Shown: positions 1 to 10,505 of the stretch, in pieces
Layout: each line of letters starts with the position of its first letter
Numbering within the stretch: the first letter of the stretch is position 1
Source: TPA_inf: Saccharomyces
Lineage: Eukaryota
Reading direction: 5' to 3'
NCBI GenBank assembly: GCA_000146045.2
Contig: BK006941.2
Coordinates: 800,001-864,000 of the forward strand
DNA: 64,000 nucleotides
The notes under the pieces: model-generated
Databases searched by the model: none
What the model saw: the letters and a program-made list of their open reading frames with translations, nothing else
Told to the model about the DNA's origin: nothing
Made by a program: the position numbers and the translations under genes

Positions 1-66
1 ATCACTGATGGCTTGAAACCAATCCATATCGTTACTAAGATGGATTTACTGAGCTACTTAGCATAA
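1..66 (+). CDS. CYS4: C-terminal 21 codons plus stop (ITDGLKPIHIVTKMDLLSYLA*) of the upstream gene, consistent with cystathionine beta-synthase (3' partial, 5' end outside window)
   Basis: Frame 1 is open from position 1 to TAA at 64-66. The peptide matches my memory of the CYS4 C-terminus. Its position immediately upstream of PTI1 matches chrVII gene order. Confidence 0.55.
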   Translation: MTDGLKPIHIVTKMDLLSYLA

Positions 67-545
67 ATAAGAACCCACGCTTCAAATAAAAGCAAACATA
101 GAAGCAAAATCCGTCATTCCTTTCCTATTCAATTGCACCGTTCTCTTTATATAACTACTTAATTAAATAGCGCCTATACGAAGCAGCATTGTTCTATTAT
201 TTTTACAAATTCCTTATCATGCATGCATCACATCAGTGTTTGAATCTGTTAACTTTTCACTTTATTGCTCTTACCCGACTCTGAAGAAAAACAAAAAAAC
301 AGCGACATGTTGGAAAGGTCGGGCAGTAAAGCAGAATTTCAGAAATACTAGTACGATTGTTTGAGGTCTTGCGAAACCGTGCATTCATAATAGCACCTTT
401 TTCAGTCGCTCATCCGGTCGTCCTATCTGTAAACGTCACTGTCAAACACGTTGCATTGATTAGATTTTATTATTTTATATATAGGTATATTTAGAAAACT
501 CACAACTGGAGAAGACGAAGAACGAAGAACGAAGGAAAAAAATTG

Positions 546-1823
546 ATGACAGATCCCAGAAGAAGAACAGGCCGTCATTTCTTGACACCGGAGAATTTAT
601 CCTCTACATTACAAATCACAAACTTACCTCCAGAATGGAACCAAGATATAATTACTTCGGTCGTGGCCGGTTCTGGTCCAGTTATAGATATAAAAGCTAA
701 GAATGACCCGAGAACTGGTAAACTAACCGGTGTACTGTTCGATTATTTGACTAGTAAAGATTGTAAACGCGCTTGGGAAATTTTAAATAGAATTGAAAAC
801 TTTCCCGTAAAGATAGAGCAAATAATCCCACCAAATTATAAGGACCATCTTAGAGAAACAGCAAATAAAAATTCTCAAAAGCAGGTATTACAACTTAATA
901 GAGATTCGTACCCCTTCGAGGCGGGTTTGGAGCTACCTTTCGAAATGGTGACAGAAGTCCCCATTCCTAGGCGACCACCGCCACCACAGGCTGCAAATAA
1001 CACAAACTCTGTATCAAATAACACAAACATTCAATTCCCCGACATACTAAGTAAAGCATCTAAACACTTGCCAAGTTTCCAAGATGGCTCGATTATTGCA
1101 CCAGACAAAATTTCACAAAATTTAAGTAAAATTCCGCCGTTGCAACTTATTGAAATTATATCAAATTTGAAAATATTATCAAACCAAGAAAACATCCAAA
1201 AATCGCAATTAGAATCTTTCTTAGATACTAACAGTGATATCACAATATCAGTGACCCAAGCCCTACTAGAAATGGGATTTATAGACTACAGCGTGGTGAC
1301 TAAAGTGTTGAAATCCCAAGTTGGCGAGGCCCCATCTTTGCTTTCGAGTAATAACACAAGTAATTCGAACACCCCCGTAAGCGTAATTAGAAATAACACT
1401 CCGTTGCATGTACCTTCTAATGAAGTCAGCAACAATCCTAACAATATGCCACTGAACGTAGCTATGCCAATGCCTATGTCGACACCACCATTTATCCCTT
1501 TACCTCTGCAACAACAACCGTTCGGTTTTGCGCCACCGGGCCCTTTCATGCCTCCAGCTCAAGGCCCCTCCATGGGACAGCCTGTGTTGGCAAATCAACT
1601 CGGCCAGGTCCAGCAACAAAATATAAGTTCTACAGAAGGACCCTCTAACGCGAATAAAGCGAATGACAGCGGCACCATTAATATGGCGAAACTGCAATTA
1701 CTACCTGAAAACCAACAAGATATGATCAAACAAGTTCTTACTTTGACACCTGCCCAGATCCAAAGTTTACCAAGTGACCAGCAACTTATGGTGGAAAACT
1801 TTAGAAAAGAATATATAATCTAA
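546..1823 (+). CDS. PTI1: Pta1-interacting mRNA 3'-end processing / snoRNA termination factor (CstF-64-like, N-terminal RRM)
   Basis: 426-aa ORF starting MMTDPRRR. I chose the second Met to give the 425 aa I recall for PTI1. It has an RRM-like N-terminus and a Q/P/N-rich C-terminus. Confidence 0.85.
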   Translation: MTDPRRRTGRHFLTPENLSSTLQITNLPPEWNQDIITSVVAGSGPVIDIKAKNDPRTGKLTGVLFDYLTSKDCKRAWEILNRIENFPVKIEQIIPPNYKDHLRETANKNSQKQVLQLNRDSYPFEAGLELPFEMVTEVPIPRRPPPPQAANNTNSVSNNTNIQFPDILSKASKHLPSFQDGSIIAPDKISQNLSKIPPLQLIEIISNLKILSNQENIQKSQLESFLDTNSDITISVTQALLEMGFIDYSVVTKVLKSQVGEAPSLLSSNNTSNSNTPVSVIRNNTPLHVPSNEVSNNPNNMPLNVAMPMPMSTPPFIPLPLQQQPFGFAPPGPFMPPAQGPSMGQPVLANQLGQVQQQNISSTEGPSNANKANDSGTINMAKLQLLPENQQDMIKQVLTLTPAQIQSLPSDQQLMVENFRKEYII

Positions 1824-2439
1824 GTAATCAGAGCCATAGCGTATCAGAAAACCACACCTAATTAGATGGTTCTTGCATCTGTACCTCTTATCACTAAAAG
1901 CGGCACTAAACTTCCAACATTAAATGTTTGCCTTGTTAAATATATATTTTTGCCTTGGTTTAAATTGGTCAAGACAGTCAATTGCCACACTTTTCTCATG
2001 CCGCATTCATTATTCGCGAAGTTTTCCACACAAAACTGTGAAAATGAACGGCGATGCCAGAAACGGCAAAACCTCAAATGTTAGATAACGTGGATCTCCG
2101 ACACATGTGAATTTATAAGTAGGCATATGAAAATACAGATTCTTTCCACTGTGTTCCCTTTTATTCCCTTCTCATGTGAAGAGTTCACACCAAATCTTCA
2201 AAATATAACTAATATAGTAGAGTTTGATTCAAAGGACCTTTTTTTTTGCCTCTTTGATTAGTTTATCTTCTTTTCTTCATTTTATCCCCTAATTTTATAC
2301 GTTAGTTCAACCTAACAATCCAGGATTTCATTAACAAGAAAGGTAAAAGTAACCTATCAAGGCTATTTTGAAAAAAAAAATTCCGCCCTGAATATTTCGA
2401 GTGATTTTCTTAGTGACAAAGCTTTTTCTTCATCTGTAG

Positions 2440-5049
2440 ATGTCCAGTTGTAAAACCACTTTGTCTGAAATGGTTGGTTCTGTGACAAAAGATAGGGGCA
2501 CTATCAACGTCGAAGCCAGAACACGTTCGAGTAATGTAACTTTCAAACCACCTGTAACCCACGATATGGTGCGTTCGCTTTTCGATCCAACTTTGAAGAA
2601 ATCTCTGCTGGAAAAATGCATCGCGCTAGCTATTATATCGAATTTTTTCATTTGTTATTGGGTCTTCCAAAGGTTTGGCTTACAGTTTACCAAATACTTT
2701 TTTCTGGTACAGTATTTATTTTGGAGAATTGCTTATAATTTAGGTATTGGACTGGTTCTGCATTACCAGTCACATTATGAAACACTAACGAATTGTGCTA
2801 AAACTCATGCGATTTTCAGCAAAATACCACAGAATAAAGATGCTAATTCGAATTTCTCAACAAATTCCAATTCCTTTTCAGAAAAATTTTGGAATTTTAT
2901 TAGGAAGTTCTGTCAATATGAGATTAGGTCTAAAATGCCAAAGGAGTATGATTTATTTGCCTATCCAGAAGAGATCAACGTCTGGTTGATATTTCGCCAG
3001 TTTGTCGATTTAATCTTGATGCAAGATTTTGTGACTTACATTATTTACGTTTACCTTTCTATTCCATATAGCTGGGTTCAAATCTTCAACTGGAGATCTT
3101 TGCTAGGTGTTATTTTGATTTTATTTAACATCTGGGTCAAGTTAGATGCGCATCGCGTGGTTAAAGATTATGCTTGGTACTGGGGTGATTTCTTCTTTTT
3201 GGAAGAATCTGAATTGATTTTTGATGGTGTCTTCAACATCTCTCCACATCCAATGTATTCTATTGGTTATTTGGGTTATTATGGCCTATCATTGATTTGT
3301 AATGACTACAAGGTTCTTCTGGTGTCCGTATTTGGACATTATTCTCAATTTTTGTTTCTGAAATACGTCGAAAATCCTCATATTGAAAGAACGTATGGTG
3401 ATGGCACTGATTCCGATTCTCAAATGAATAGCAGAATTGATGACTTGATATCAAAAGAGAATTACGATTATTCAAGACCTCTAATTAACATGGGTCTTTC
3501 TTTTAACAACTTCAATAAGCTAAGATTTACTGACTATTTCACAATTGGTACCGTAGCGGCACTTATGTTAGGAACAATCATGAATGCTAGGTTTATCAAT
3601 TTAAATTACCTCTTTATTACCGTTTTTGTAACAAAACTGGTTTCATGGTTATTTATCTCGACAATATTGTACAAGCAATCTCAGTCTAAATGGTTCACGA
3701 GATTGTTTTTGGAGAATGGTTACACACAAGTTTATTCCTATGAGCAATGGCAATTTATTTACAATTATTATTTGGTATTAACCTACACACTTATGATAAT
3801 TCATACAGGGCTTCAAATTTGGAGTAATTTTTCCAACATAAACAACAGTCAATTAATTTTTGGTTTAATTCTTGTGGCTTTACAAACATGGTGTGATAAG
3901 GAAACGAGACTAGCAATCTCTGATTTTGGTTGGTTTTATGGTGATTTTTTCTTGAGCAACTATATCTCAACTAGAAAGCTGACTTCCCAAGGTATCTACA
4001 GATATTTGAATCACCCAGAAGCGGTATTAGGCGTTGTTGGAGTTTGGGGTACTGTATTGATGACGAATTTTGCCGTTACAAATATTATCTTGGCTGTTTT
4101 ATGGACATTGACAAATTTTATTCTTGTCAAGTTTATTGAAACACCTCATGTTAATAAGATATATGGTAAAACTAAACGAGTTAGTGGTGTTGGAAAAACT
4201 TTACTAGGCTTGAAACCTCTAAGACAAGTTTCAGATATTGTCAATAGAATTGAAAATATTATAATCAAATCATTAGTTGATGAAAGCAAGAACTCCAATG
4301 GTGGGGCAGAACTTTTGCCCAAAAATTATCAAGATAACAAAGAATGGAATATTTTAATTCAGGAAGCAATGGATAGCGTTGCAACAAGATTGAGTCCATA
4401 CTGTGAATTGAAAATTGAAAACGAGCAGGTAGAAACCAATTTTGTCTTGCCTACTCCAGTAACTTTGAATTGGAAAATGCCCATTGAACTTTATAACGGA
4501 GATGATTGGATTGGTTTGTATAAAGTCATTGATACAAGGGCAGATCGTGAAAAAACAAGAGTTGGATCAGGTGGTCATTGGAGTGCGACTTCTAAAGATT
4601 CATATATGAACCATGGATTAAGACATAAAGAATCTGTAACAGAAATAAAGGCGACTGAAAAGTACGTTCAAGGTAAAGTGACATTCGACACGTCTTTGCT
4701 TTATTTTGAAAATGGTATCTACGAATTTAGGTATCATTCTGGTAACTCCCATAAGGTGTTATTGATTTCTACACCATTTGAAATTTCATTGCCGGTACTA
4801 AATACCACGACACCTGAACTGTTTGAGAAGGATTTGACTGAGTTTTTGACGAAAGTCAACGTTTTGAAGGATGGTAAATTTCGTCCATTAGGAAATAAGT
4901 TCTTCGGGATGGACAGCTTGAAACAATTGATTAAGAACTCAATTGGCGTCGAACTTTCGTCTGAGTATATGAGGAGAGTCAATGGTGACGCTCACGTTAT
5001 TTCGCATCGCGCTTGGGATATAAAACAAACGCTTGATAGTCTTGCTTGA
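2440..5049 (+). CDS. CHO2: phosphatidylethanolamine N-methyltransferase, multi-pass membrane protein
   Basis: 869-aa ORF, hydrophobic and multi-TM. Length and sequence match CHO2 (YGR157W). Confidence 0.9.
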   Translation: MSSCKTTLSEMVGSVTKDRGTINVEARTRSSNVTFKPPVTHDMVRSLFDPTLKKSLLEKCIALAIISNFFICYWVFQRFGLQFTKYFFLVQYLFWRIAYNLGIGLVLHYQSHYETLTNCAKTHAIFSKIPQNKDANSNFSTNSNSFSEKFWNFIRKFCQYEIRSKMPKEYDLFAYPEEINVWLIFRQFVDLILMQDFVTYIIYVYLSIPYSWVQIFNWRSLLGVILILFNIWVKLDAHRVVKDYAWYWGDFFFLEESELIFDGVFNISPHPMYSIGYLGYYGLSLICNDYKVLLVSVFGHYSQFLFLKYVENPHIERTYGDGTDSDSQMNSRIDDLISKENYDYSRPLINMGLSFNNFNKLRFTDYFTIGTVAALMLGTIMNARFINLNYLFITVFVTKLVSWLFISTILYKQSQSKWFTRLFLENGYTQVYSYEQWQFIYNYYLVLTYTLMIIHTGLQIWSNFSNINNSQLIFGLILVALQTWCDKETRLAISDFGWFYGDFFLSNYISTRKLTSQGIYRYLNHPEAVLGVVGVWGTVLMTNFAVTNIILAVLWTLTNFILVKFIETPHVNKIYGKTKRVSGVGKTLLGLKPLRQVSDIVNRIENIIIKSLVDESKNSNGGAELLPKNYQDNKEWNILIQEAMDSVATRLSPYCELKIENEQVETNFVLPTPVTLNWKMPIELYNGDDWIGLYKVIDTRADREKTRVGSGGHWSATSKDSYMNHGLRHKESVTEIKATEKYVQGKVTFDTSLLYFENGIYEFRYHSGNSHKVLLISTPFEISLPVLNTTTPELFEKDLTEFLTKVNVLKDGKFRPLGNKFFGMDSLKQLIKNSIGVELSSEYMRRVNGDAHVISHRAWDIKQTLDSLA

Positions 5050-5268
5050 GTTTTTTTTTTTTGAGTATATATATTTAAAAAGTACTAGGATTCAAGTTAA
5101 CATTTTGAATAGAAGTAGTTATGTTGTTGTAATATAATGGAGCTACCATATATGCAGAATGACATTATAAATTATGATGTTGATGTACAATGCCTTTGTG
5201 CGCTTCTTTTACCATGAATTTTTTCTTAACCTCTTTCACTTTTCTTTCCGACTAGGATAATCTCGTGT

Positions 5269-6021
5269 CTAAGTTTCCTGGTTCATTAAACAGCTTATCA
5301 TTAAATCTCTATAACGGTTATATTGCTCCTTGCAACGATCAAGGCATTCCAAAAGATCTTCATCGTCACCATCATCCTTCCAAAAACCTACAATTTCCTC
5401 TCCATTTTTGATGAATGATACGACAGTGCCATTGGCCTCACCGGCACCTGCCATATCCACTAATTCGATGCCGGCATCAGCTAAGGCTAGCGTTATACTA
5501 GTGATACAATGTGGTATGAGAGATGATATTTGAGAAGACATCATTTTGCTTTGCGAATCGTCGTCCTGAGGATTATTTGTAAGATCCTTATCATACGTTA
5601 AATAAACGAAGATATCGATGCCGGACTTGGGGTAGCGAGATAGGTTTACTACTGAATTGAAAATGCCCATTAAAAAGCTGCTAACTTCCTTCAGTTCATT
5701 TGTGTTATATTTTTCCAGAAGACCGTTCTTTAACTGAATAGATATAGTACCTTGAGATGTGAAGGATCCTCTAATGGAGCGTGGTCCATAGACAGCGGTA
5801 ATGAGCGATGTTTGGTGTCCTAAGCTTCTAGCTTCTACTAATGCAGATCCATTGCAGTTTTCGATGAAACCGGTATGTAGAGAAAGTTCCTGTTCACTTT
5901 CATTGCCTTTAGGTGTCAAATCTGTTGATTTCTTTTCTGGCACATGAGTAGTAGTGTTGCTAAACGCCATTGGCTTGGCAGCAGCAGGGCCTAATAACCT
6001 CCTTCTGTCTTGAACATTCAT
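5269..6021 (-). CDS. MTR3: exosome non-catalytic core subunit (RNase PH-like)
   Basis: 250-aa ORF. Sequence and neighbourhood match YGR158C. Confidence 0.85.
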
Positions 6022-6411
6022 TTATTCTGATAACACCTTAATGTGAGTATGTTCCTACTTTTAAGTGGAGTATGTGCTAATCCTTAAAGGAAGTTTTCGT
6101 GGCTCAATCAAGCACAACGCCCAAGCTTTTATTTAGATATTCATTTCATATTACTGAAATTTTTTGAGTATTTTCCAAGGCCTTGTAATCTTCCGTATCT
6201 AGCGATCTCATCTCATCGTGAAAAAAAAAAGAGTAAGCCATTCGAAGAAAAGTTGGCAAATAGAGATGGTGAATGAAAGGTTTAAGAATGTATCCTATTT
6301 ACTTACTAATGTACACAAAATATTATAGACCAAATTTTTCCTCAAAAATGGAATATAGTAATTAACGTAAAAAGAGAAAAAATTGAAATTGAAATTCATT
6401 TCATTTTCTCA

Positions 6412-7656
6412 TTAATCAAATGTTTTCTTTGAACCAGCGAAAGAAGCGGTATTTCTTGATCTGCCCAATGGAGCAGTATTAGCACCAGAACCAGATGGTC
6501 TGAAACCGCCACGGCCACCGCGAGCGCCACCACGACCACCGAATCCACGGTTACCGCCACGACCACCGCCACGACCACCAAAACCACGGCTACCGCCACG
6601 ACCACCATCGTTGTTTGGTCTTGGAGAAGAGAAGTCTAATCTAACTGGTCTGTTGTCAATGTATTCACCTTGTAAAGCGTCTAGAGCCTTCTTGGCGTCC
6701 TCCATGTTGGAGAATTGAACATAACCGAAACCTTTTGGTTGTTCAGTTTCTGGATGTGTTGGGATACGGACGGAAACAACTTCACCGTGTTTAGCGAATA
6801 ATTCGAAAATAGCGTCTCTGTCAGCATTGAAAGATAAGTTACCCAAGAACAAAGTGTCAGATGGTTCAGATGGGGTATCACCGAATTTCTTGGCACGATC
6901 GTTGTTACCAGCTGGCTTGCTTGTGGACATATCACAGTTGATTGGTCTACCATCAATTTCCTTACCTTGCATTTCTTGAATGGCCTTTTCAGCATAAGAT
7001 TTGTTTTCAAAATCAACGTAACCATAACCACGAGATCTATCGGTACCTCTTTCATAAATAACTCTGGCACCAATGACACCACCGATGTGTTCGAATTCCT
7101 TCTTCAACCATTCGTCATCAATAGACCACGATAGTCTACCAACGAAAATAGTAGCTGGTTCTTCGGTTTCTTCATTTTTTTGCTTCTTGTTGGAAGACTC
7201 TTCGTCTTCTTCTTCTTCGGCGTCCTCAGATTTACGTTTCTTATCGTTAGACTCTTCCTTTTCGCTTTCGCTATCAGAAGATGAAGATGAGGATGAATCA
7301 GAGCTAGAAGATTCTTTTGATTCTTCCTTCTTGGTTTCTTCTTTTTCTTCTTCTTCTTCTTCGTCGGAAGAAGAGTCAGAGGAAGAGGAAGAGGAATCCT
7401 TGGATTCTTCCTTCTTGGTTTCAGCTTCACTTTCGCTGTCAGAAGACGATGAAGAAGAGGATTCAGAATCAGAGGATGAAGATGAAGATGAAGATTCAGA
7501 TTCAGACTCAGACTCAGATTCAGATTCAGATGAAGATGAAGATGAGGATGAAGATTCGGAGGAAGAGGAAGAGACGGCCTTAGCTTTTTCTTCTTTGGCT
7601 TGTTTGGAAGCCTTAACTTCCTTCTTGTTACCTTTTACTTTAGTAGTCTTAGCCAT
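6412..7656 (-). CDS. NSR1: nucleolin-like nucleolar protein: acidic/serine N-terminal tracts, two RRMs, C-terminal RGG/GAR repeats
   Basis: 414-aa ORF beginning MAKTTKVKGNKKE. It has Ser/Asp/Glu runs, RNP motifs (KGFGYVDF, RGYGYVDF) and a GGRGG repeat tail. Confidence 0.95.
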   Translation of the reverse strand: MAKTTKVKGNKKEVKASKQAKEEKAKAVSSSSSESSSSSSSSSESESESESESESSSSSSSSDSESSSSSSSDSESEAETKKEESKDSSSSSSDSSSDEEEEEEKEETKKEESKESSSSDSSSSSSSDSESEKEESNDKKRKSEDAEEEEDEESSNKKQKNEETEEPATIFVGRLSWSIDDEWLKKEFEHIGGVIGARVIYERGTDRSRGYGYVDFENKSYAEKAIQEMQGKEIDGRPINCDMSTSKPAGNNDRAKKFGDTPSEPSDTLFLGNLSFNADRDAIFELFAKHGEVVSVRIPTHPETEQPKGFGYVQFSNMEDAKKALDALQGEYIDNRPVRLDFSSPRPNNDGGRGGSRGFGGRGGGRGGNRGFGGRGGARGGRGGFRPSGSGANTAPLGRSRNTASFAGSKKTFD

Positions 7657-7819
7657 CTTATTTTATCCTGCCTGGGTTGAGTGATCCGAAATTGGTTAAC
7701 AGTTCGTCTTTGGGAAGCAAAAGTAAGAAAAATACTACGAAAGGAAATAACTTAAGGTACCAATGGATTGGGAAGTGCAGACAGCAACAGCTACACTTAA
7801 GTACTTTTAATATTGGATT

Positions 7820-7862
7820 GAAAATTTTCGTTCTTGCGATGAGCTGCCCTTGCAAATTTTTC
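7820..7862 (-). promoter_or_regulatory. PAC (GCGATGAG, 7836-7843) and two RRPE (AAAATTTT / AAAAATTT) motifs about 200 bp upstream of the NSR1 ATG
   Basis: Motifs read directly from the sequence. PAC and RRPE are the signature pair of the ribosome-biogenesis regulon, and NSR1 is a member. Confidence 0.6.
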
Positions 7863-8386
7863 ACCAAAAAAAAAAAAAAAAAAAGAAATGGAGTGAAAAA
7901 AGAAACGAAAAAAAAGGGCATGGGGACCCATACATCAGGCACTTACCCCCAGGAAGGATTACGTCTTTAAATCAGAGGATCAAAGGGTAATTAACAACCA
8001 CCAGTCGAATTGCTGTCGTCTTTCTTCAATTGCTTTATCCAAAAATCTGAATGGATGTAAGTATTGCCCAGTAAGTTTTCTTGGCAAAATAACCTATAGC
8101 GAAATAGACAATCAACGTGATGGGGTTTAAATAGCTAGCGGTAAGTAACCACTAGTAGAACGTAGCTCCATAGCGTGTAATTTGGCGGCAAAATATGTGA
8201 AGCAAGCATATTCGTTATTACTTAGCTGCCTGTGAAATCCTGTCTGTGCCTTCTCTTTGCCTTTACTTTGTATAAAAACATATCAACACTGTCTCTGCGT
8301 ATGAGGCCGAGGTATTTAGAGCATAAGAAAAAATGTGAACAAAAATAGTGTCATCTCCAGTAAGGCTTAAATGTATATTGATTTTC

Positions 8387-8412
<26 letters not shown>
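8387..8412. repeat. (TA)13 dinucleotide microsatellite
   Basis: Direct read of tatatatatatatatatatatatata. Confidence 0.95.
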
Positions 8413-8417
<5 letters not shown>

Positions 8418-8628
8418 GAAATAAACCATATAATTATAAGTAGTAGCTTGGAAAAACGCCAAAGTTGTACTTAGAATGAGGTTTTAAAAAAAAATTATAA
8501 AAAAAAACCAAGCGAGAAGTCACGCTTATAACGCAAGTGCACGAACTGCATATGTGTTGGATTGCCAAAGATCAATAGGAAGAATATATTTAGAGAAACT
8601 CTGTTTTCTTATGTATCTCGCTTACAGC

Positions 8629-9420
8629 CTATTTCAATGAACCAGTTTGGAATCTCTTTGCCATGAGATCAGCCTTTAAAGAGTTTGAGCCATCGAGACT
8701 GTAATTGGAAGAACGCCTTCTCCTGTCATGAAGAAGAGCACCGGATTCGGTTAAATCGCTAGACGAAATGCCGCTTAGAGAACGTGGAAGAAGAGTGTGA
8801 TGTGGAAGATCGGCGGAGGGAAGGTTTCTGTTTGTTGTTGGTGCTGAGTGGATTTTAGTCTCAATGGGGAAAATCGTGTCTGAGATGCTTGTTCCGTTAG
8901 ATATGGAAGCGTTCCGGCTTGACCTTCTGGCGGAATGGGAAATGTGGGTCATGGAGTCCTTGGGTGTTAAGGGAAGTACGGTGTGTCTGGATGCACCATC
9001 TGTGAGCTTTAGCTTTGGAGTGTCGAGGGTGTAACCATAATTGCAGTCATCATCATCTAGGATGGCAGACTCGCCTTCGAAAAATGGAGACGACCTTCTA
9101 GCCGGGACCGGATGGTGCAGTTGATTTTTTAACCTAGAGTTTTCTTCTTTTAAAGTTTCAATTTCCCGTAGAAGTCTTACTACAATAGCGTCTTGCTCCT
9201 TTTCCATTTCGTTTATTATTTCTTCCCTCGAAAGCCTTCTCTGTGCTGACATTGGTGACGAAGAAGGAGACGACGACGTCGAAAGTCTGCGAGGATCACG
9301 TGCTACAGCTGGTCTCATGGCTCTTGTAACTGAAGTTTGTCTCTCTCTGCATGGTTTGGCAACAGCCTTCTTGTGTTTTGATTCTTTATTCATGTTTACG
9401 GCTCTGGAGGTAGCGATCAT
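8629..9420 (-). CDS. RTS3: Ser-rich protein, putative PP2A regulatory component
   Basis: 263-aa ORF. Its position between NSR1 and the Ty block matches YGR161C. Confidence 0.8.
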   Translation of the reverse strand: MIATSRAVNMNKESKHKKAVAKPCRERQTSVTRAMRPAVARDPRRLSTSSSPSSSPMSAQRRLSREEIINEMEKEQDAIVVRLLREIETLKEENSRLKNQLHHPVPARRSSPFFEGESAILDDDDCNYGYTLDTPKLKLTDGASRHTVLPLTPKDSMTHISHSARRSSRNASISNGTSISDTIFPIETKIHSAPTTNRNLPSADLPHHTLLPRSLSGISSSDLTESGALLHDRRRRSSNYSLDGSNSLKADLMAKRFQTGSLK

Positions 9421-10226
9421 TATACTTTATCTTCTATTAATGCTATGATTGATGAATTATACGTATGTATGTATCTGTAAGAAAATAGCCGAATGATTGA
9501 TTATCTTTTCTTATATATGATTCAAGGGAACGAAAAGAAGACAAGATAATGTTAGGCAAGATAGTTTTTTAGACGACTGAGGCCGAAGATAAGCTTTATA
9601 TATATGCAAGTCTATTTTTGTACGGGCGAAACCATCTAAGCCAACGATAACAATAGCCAGCTATGATCGTTGAGTACAGCGTGGGGCAATTTTTAGCGTG
9701 ATTGATAAGGGCGCATTATCTCATCATCCATCGCCAATTTGGGACTCTAACGGCAAACCTCGGATTTCCGTGGAAACGCATGGAAAAATTGATCCGGGCT
9801 GTGAGGGGAGTCGAGTCAGTCACTTTTTGGCAACTCTCTCCGTCATGACCACTACTCCGCGGTAGCTGCCAAATTTGGTATTTCCAGGTTGTTTTTTGTG
9901 GACAGCCCGCGATCATATGTAAGAGCAGGATGTGTCATCCGCGGGTGAGGTAAACGCTGGCTTGCCATTATGGTTTTTTGGTACGTGTTGAACACGTTGC
10001 TTACGATCTTGGTAGGGGCGGGCTGTGATGTGAGAGCCACAAACCCGCTTCCTCGTTGTGGCTCTGGCGCTCCGTTTCTTCTTTCCCCCGCCTTGTAATA
10101 TGTCGTGCATGCGTCCATGATGATATCGTATTTATTGTATATTGTGGTGATTTCGGCATATTTTAGCACATCTGTAGTATACCACAGAGCTAAAACAACC
10201 GATTATAGTCAACATTATACAGCATT

Positions 10227-10505
10227 ATGTCTGGATACTTCAACCATCTTTCTTCGAATGCACATTTCGCAAATATTCAAGCCGATCAGGGCTTCATAGG
10301 TGATGCTACTGGCACAAGCAGCGATCATGGCAGTAGTGGCATGGTTGATTTTGCCCTACAACTCGGAGAACTGAGCCTAGAAGAGAAAATACTTAAAGAG
10401 TTCACCTTATTCCAGAGCAAGAACATGGACTTATTGCAAGAGACGGCGACGGCGTGTCCGAGTACTAATCCTTCCTTGAGACAGAGCCGAATTCAAGGCT
10501 GGTGA
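10227..10505 (+). CDS. small uncharacterized ORF (92 aa), corresponds to the annotated YGR161W-C-type ORF; no recognisable domain
   Basis: 92-aa ORF MSGYFNHLSSNAHFANIQ... with yeast-like codon usage. It lies downstream of a GC-rich island containing an AGGGG STRE-like motif at 10014-10018. Confidence 0.5.
   Translation: MSGYFNHLSSNAHFANIQADQGFIGDATGTSSDHGSSGMVDFALQLGELSLEEKILKEFTLFQSKNMDLLQETATACPSTNPSLRQSRIQGW

Noticed and set aside
6200-6215. CTCATCGT near-PAC motif upstream of MTR3
   Set aside because: It is one mismatch from the PAC core (CTCATCGC), and a single-base variant at that position is not known to be functional.
7073-7684. 203-aa + strand ORF (and an 88-aa + ORF, a 108-aa and a 133-aa - ORF) overlapping NSR1
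   Set aside because: They lie entirely within and opposite to, or out of frame with, the NSR1 coding region. Their composition is poly-Ser/Asp/Glu or poly-Lys, dictated by the NSR1 acidic repeats. This is a dubious-ORF class artefact (corresponds to a YGR160W-type call).
9716-10169. Three overlapping 65-105-aa minus-strand ORFs in the GC-rich island
   Set aside because: They are mutually overlapping in different frames. Their GC-driven openness is typical of composition artefacts. They are kept only as part of the regulatory-island observation.
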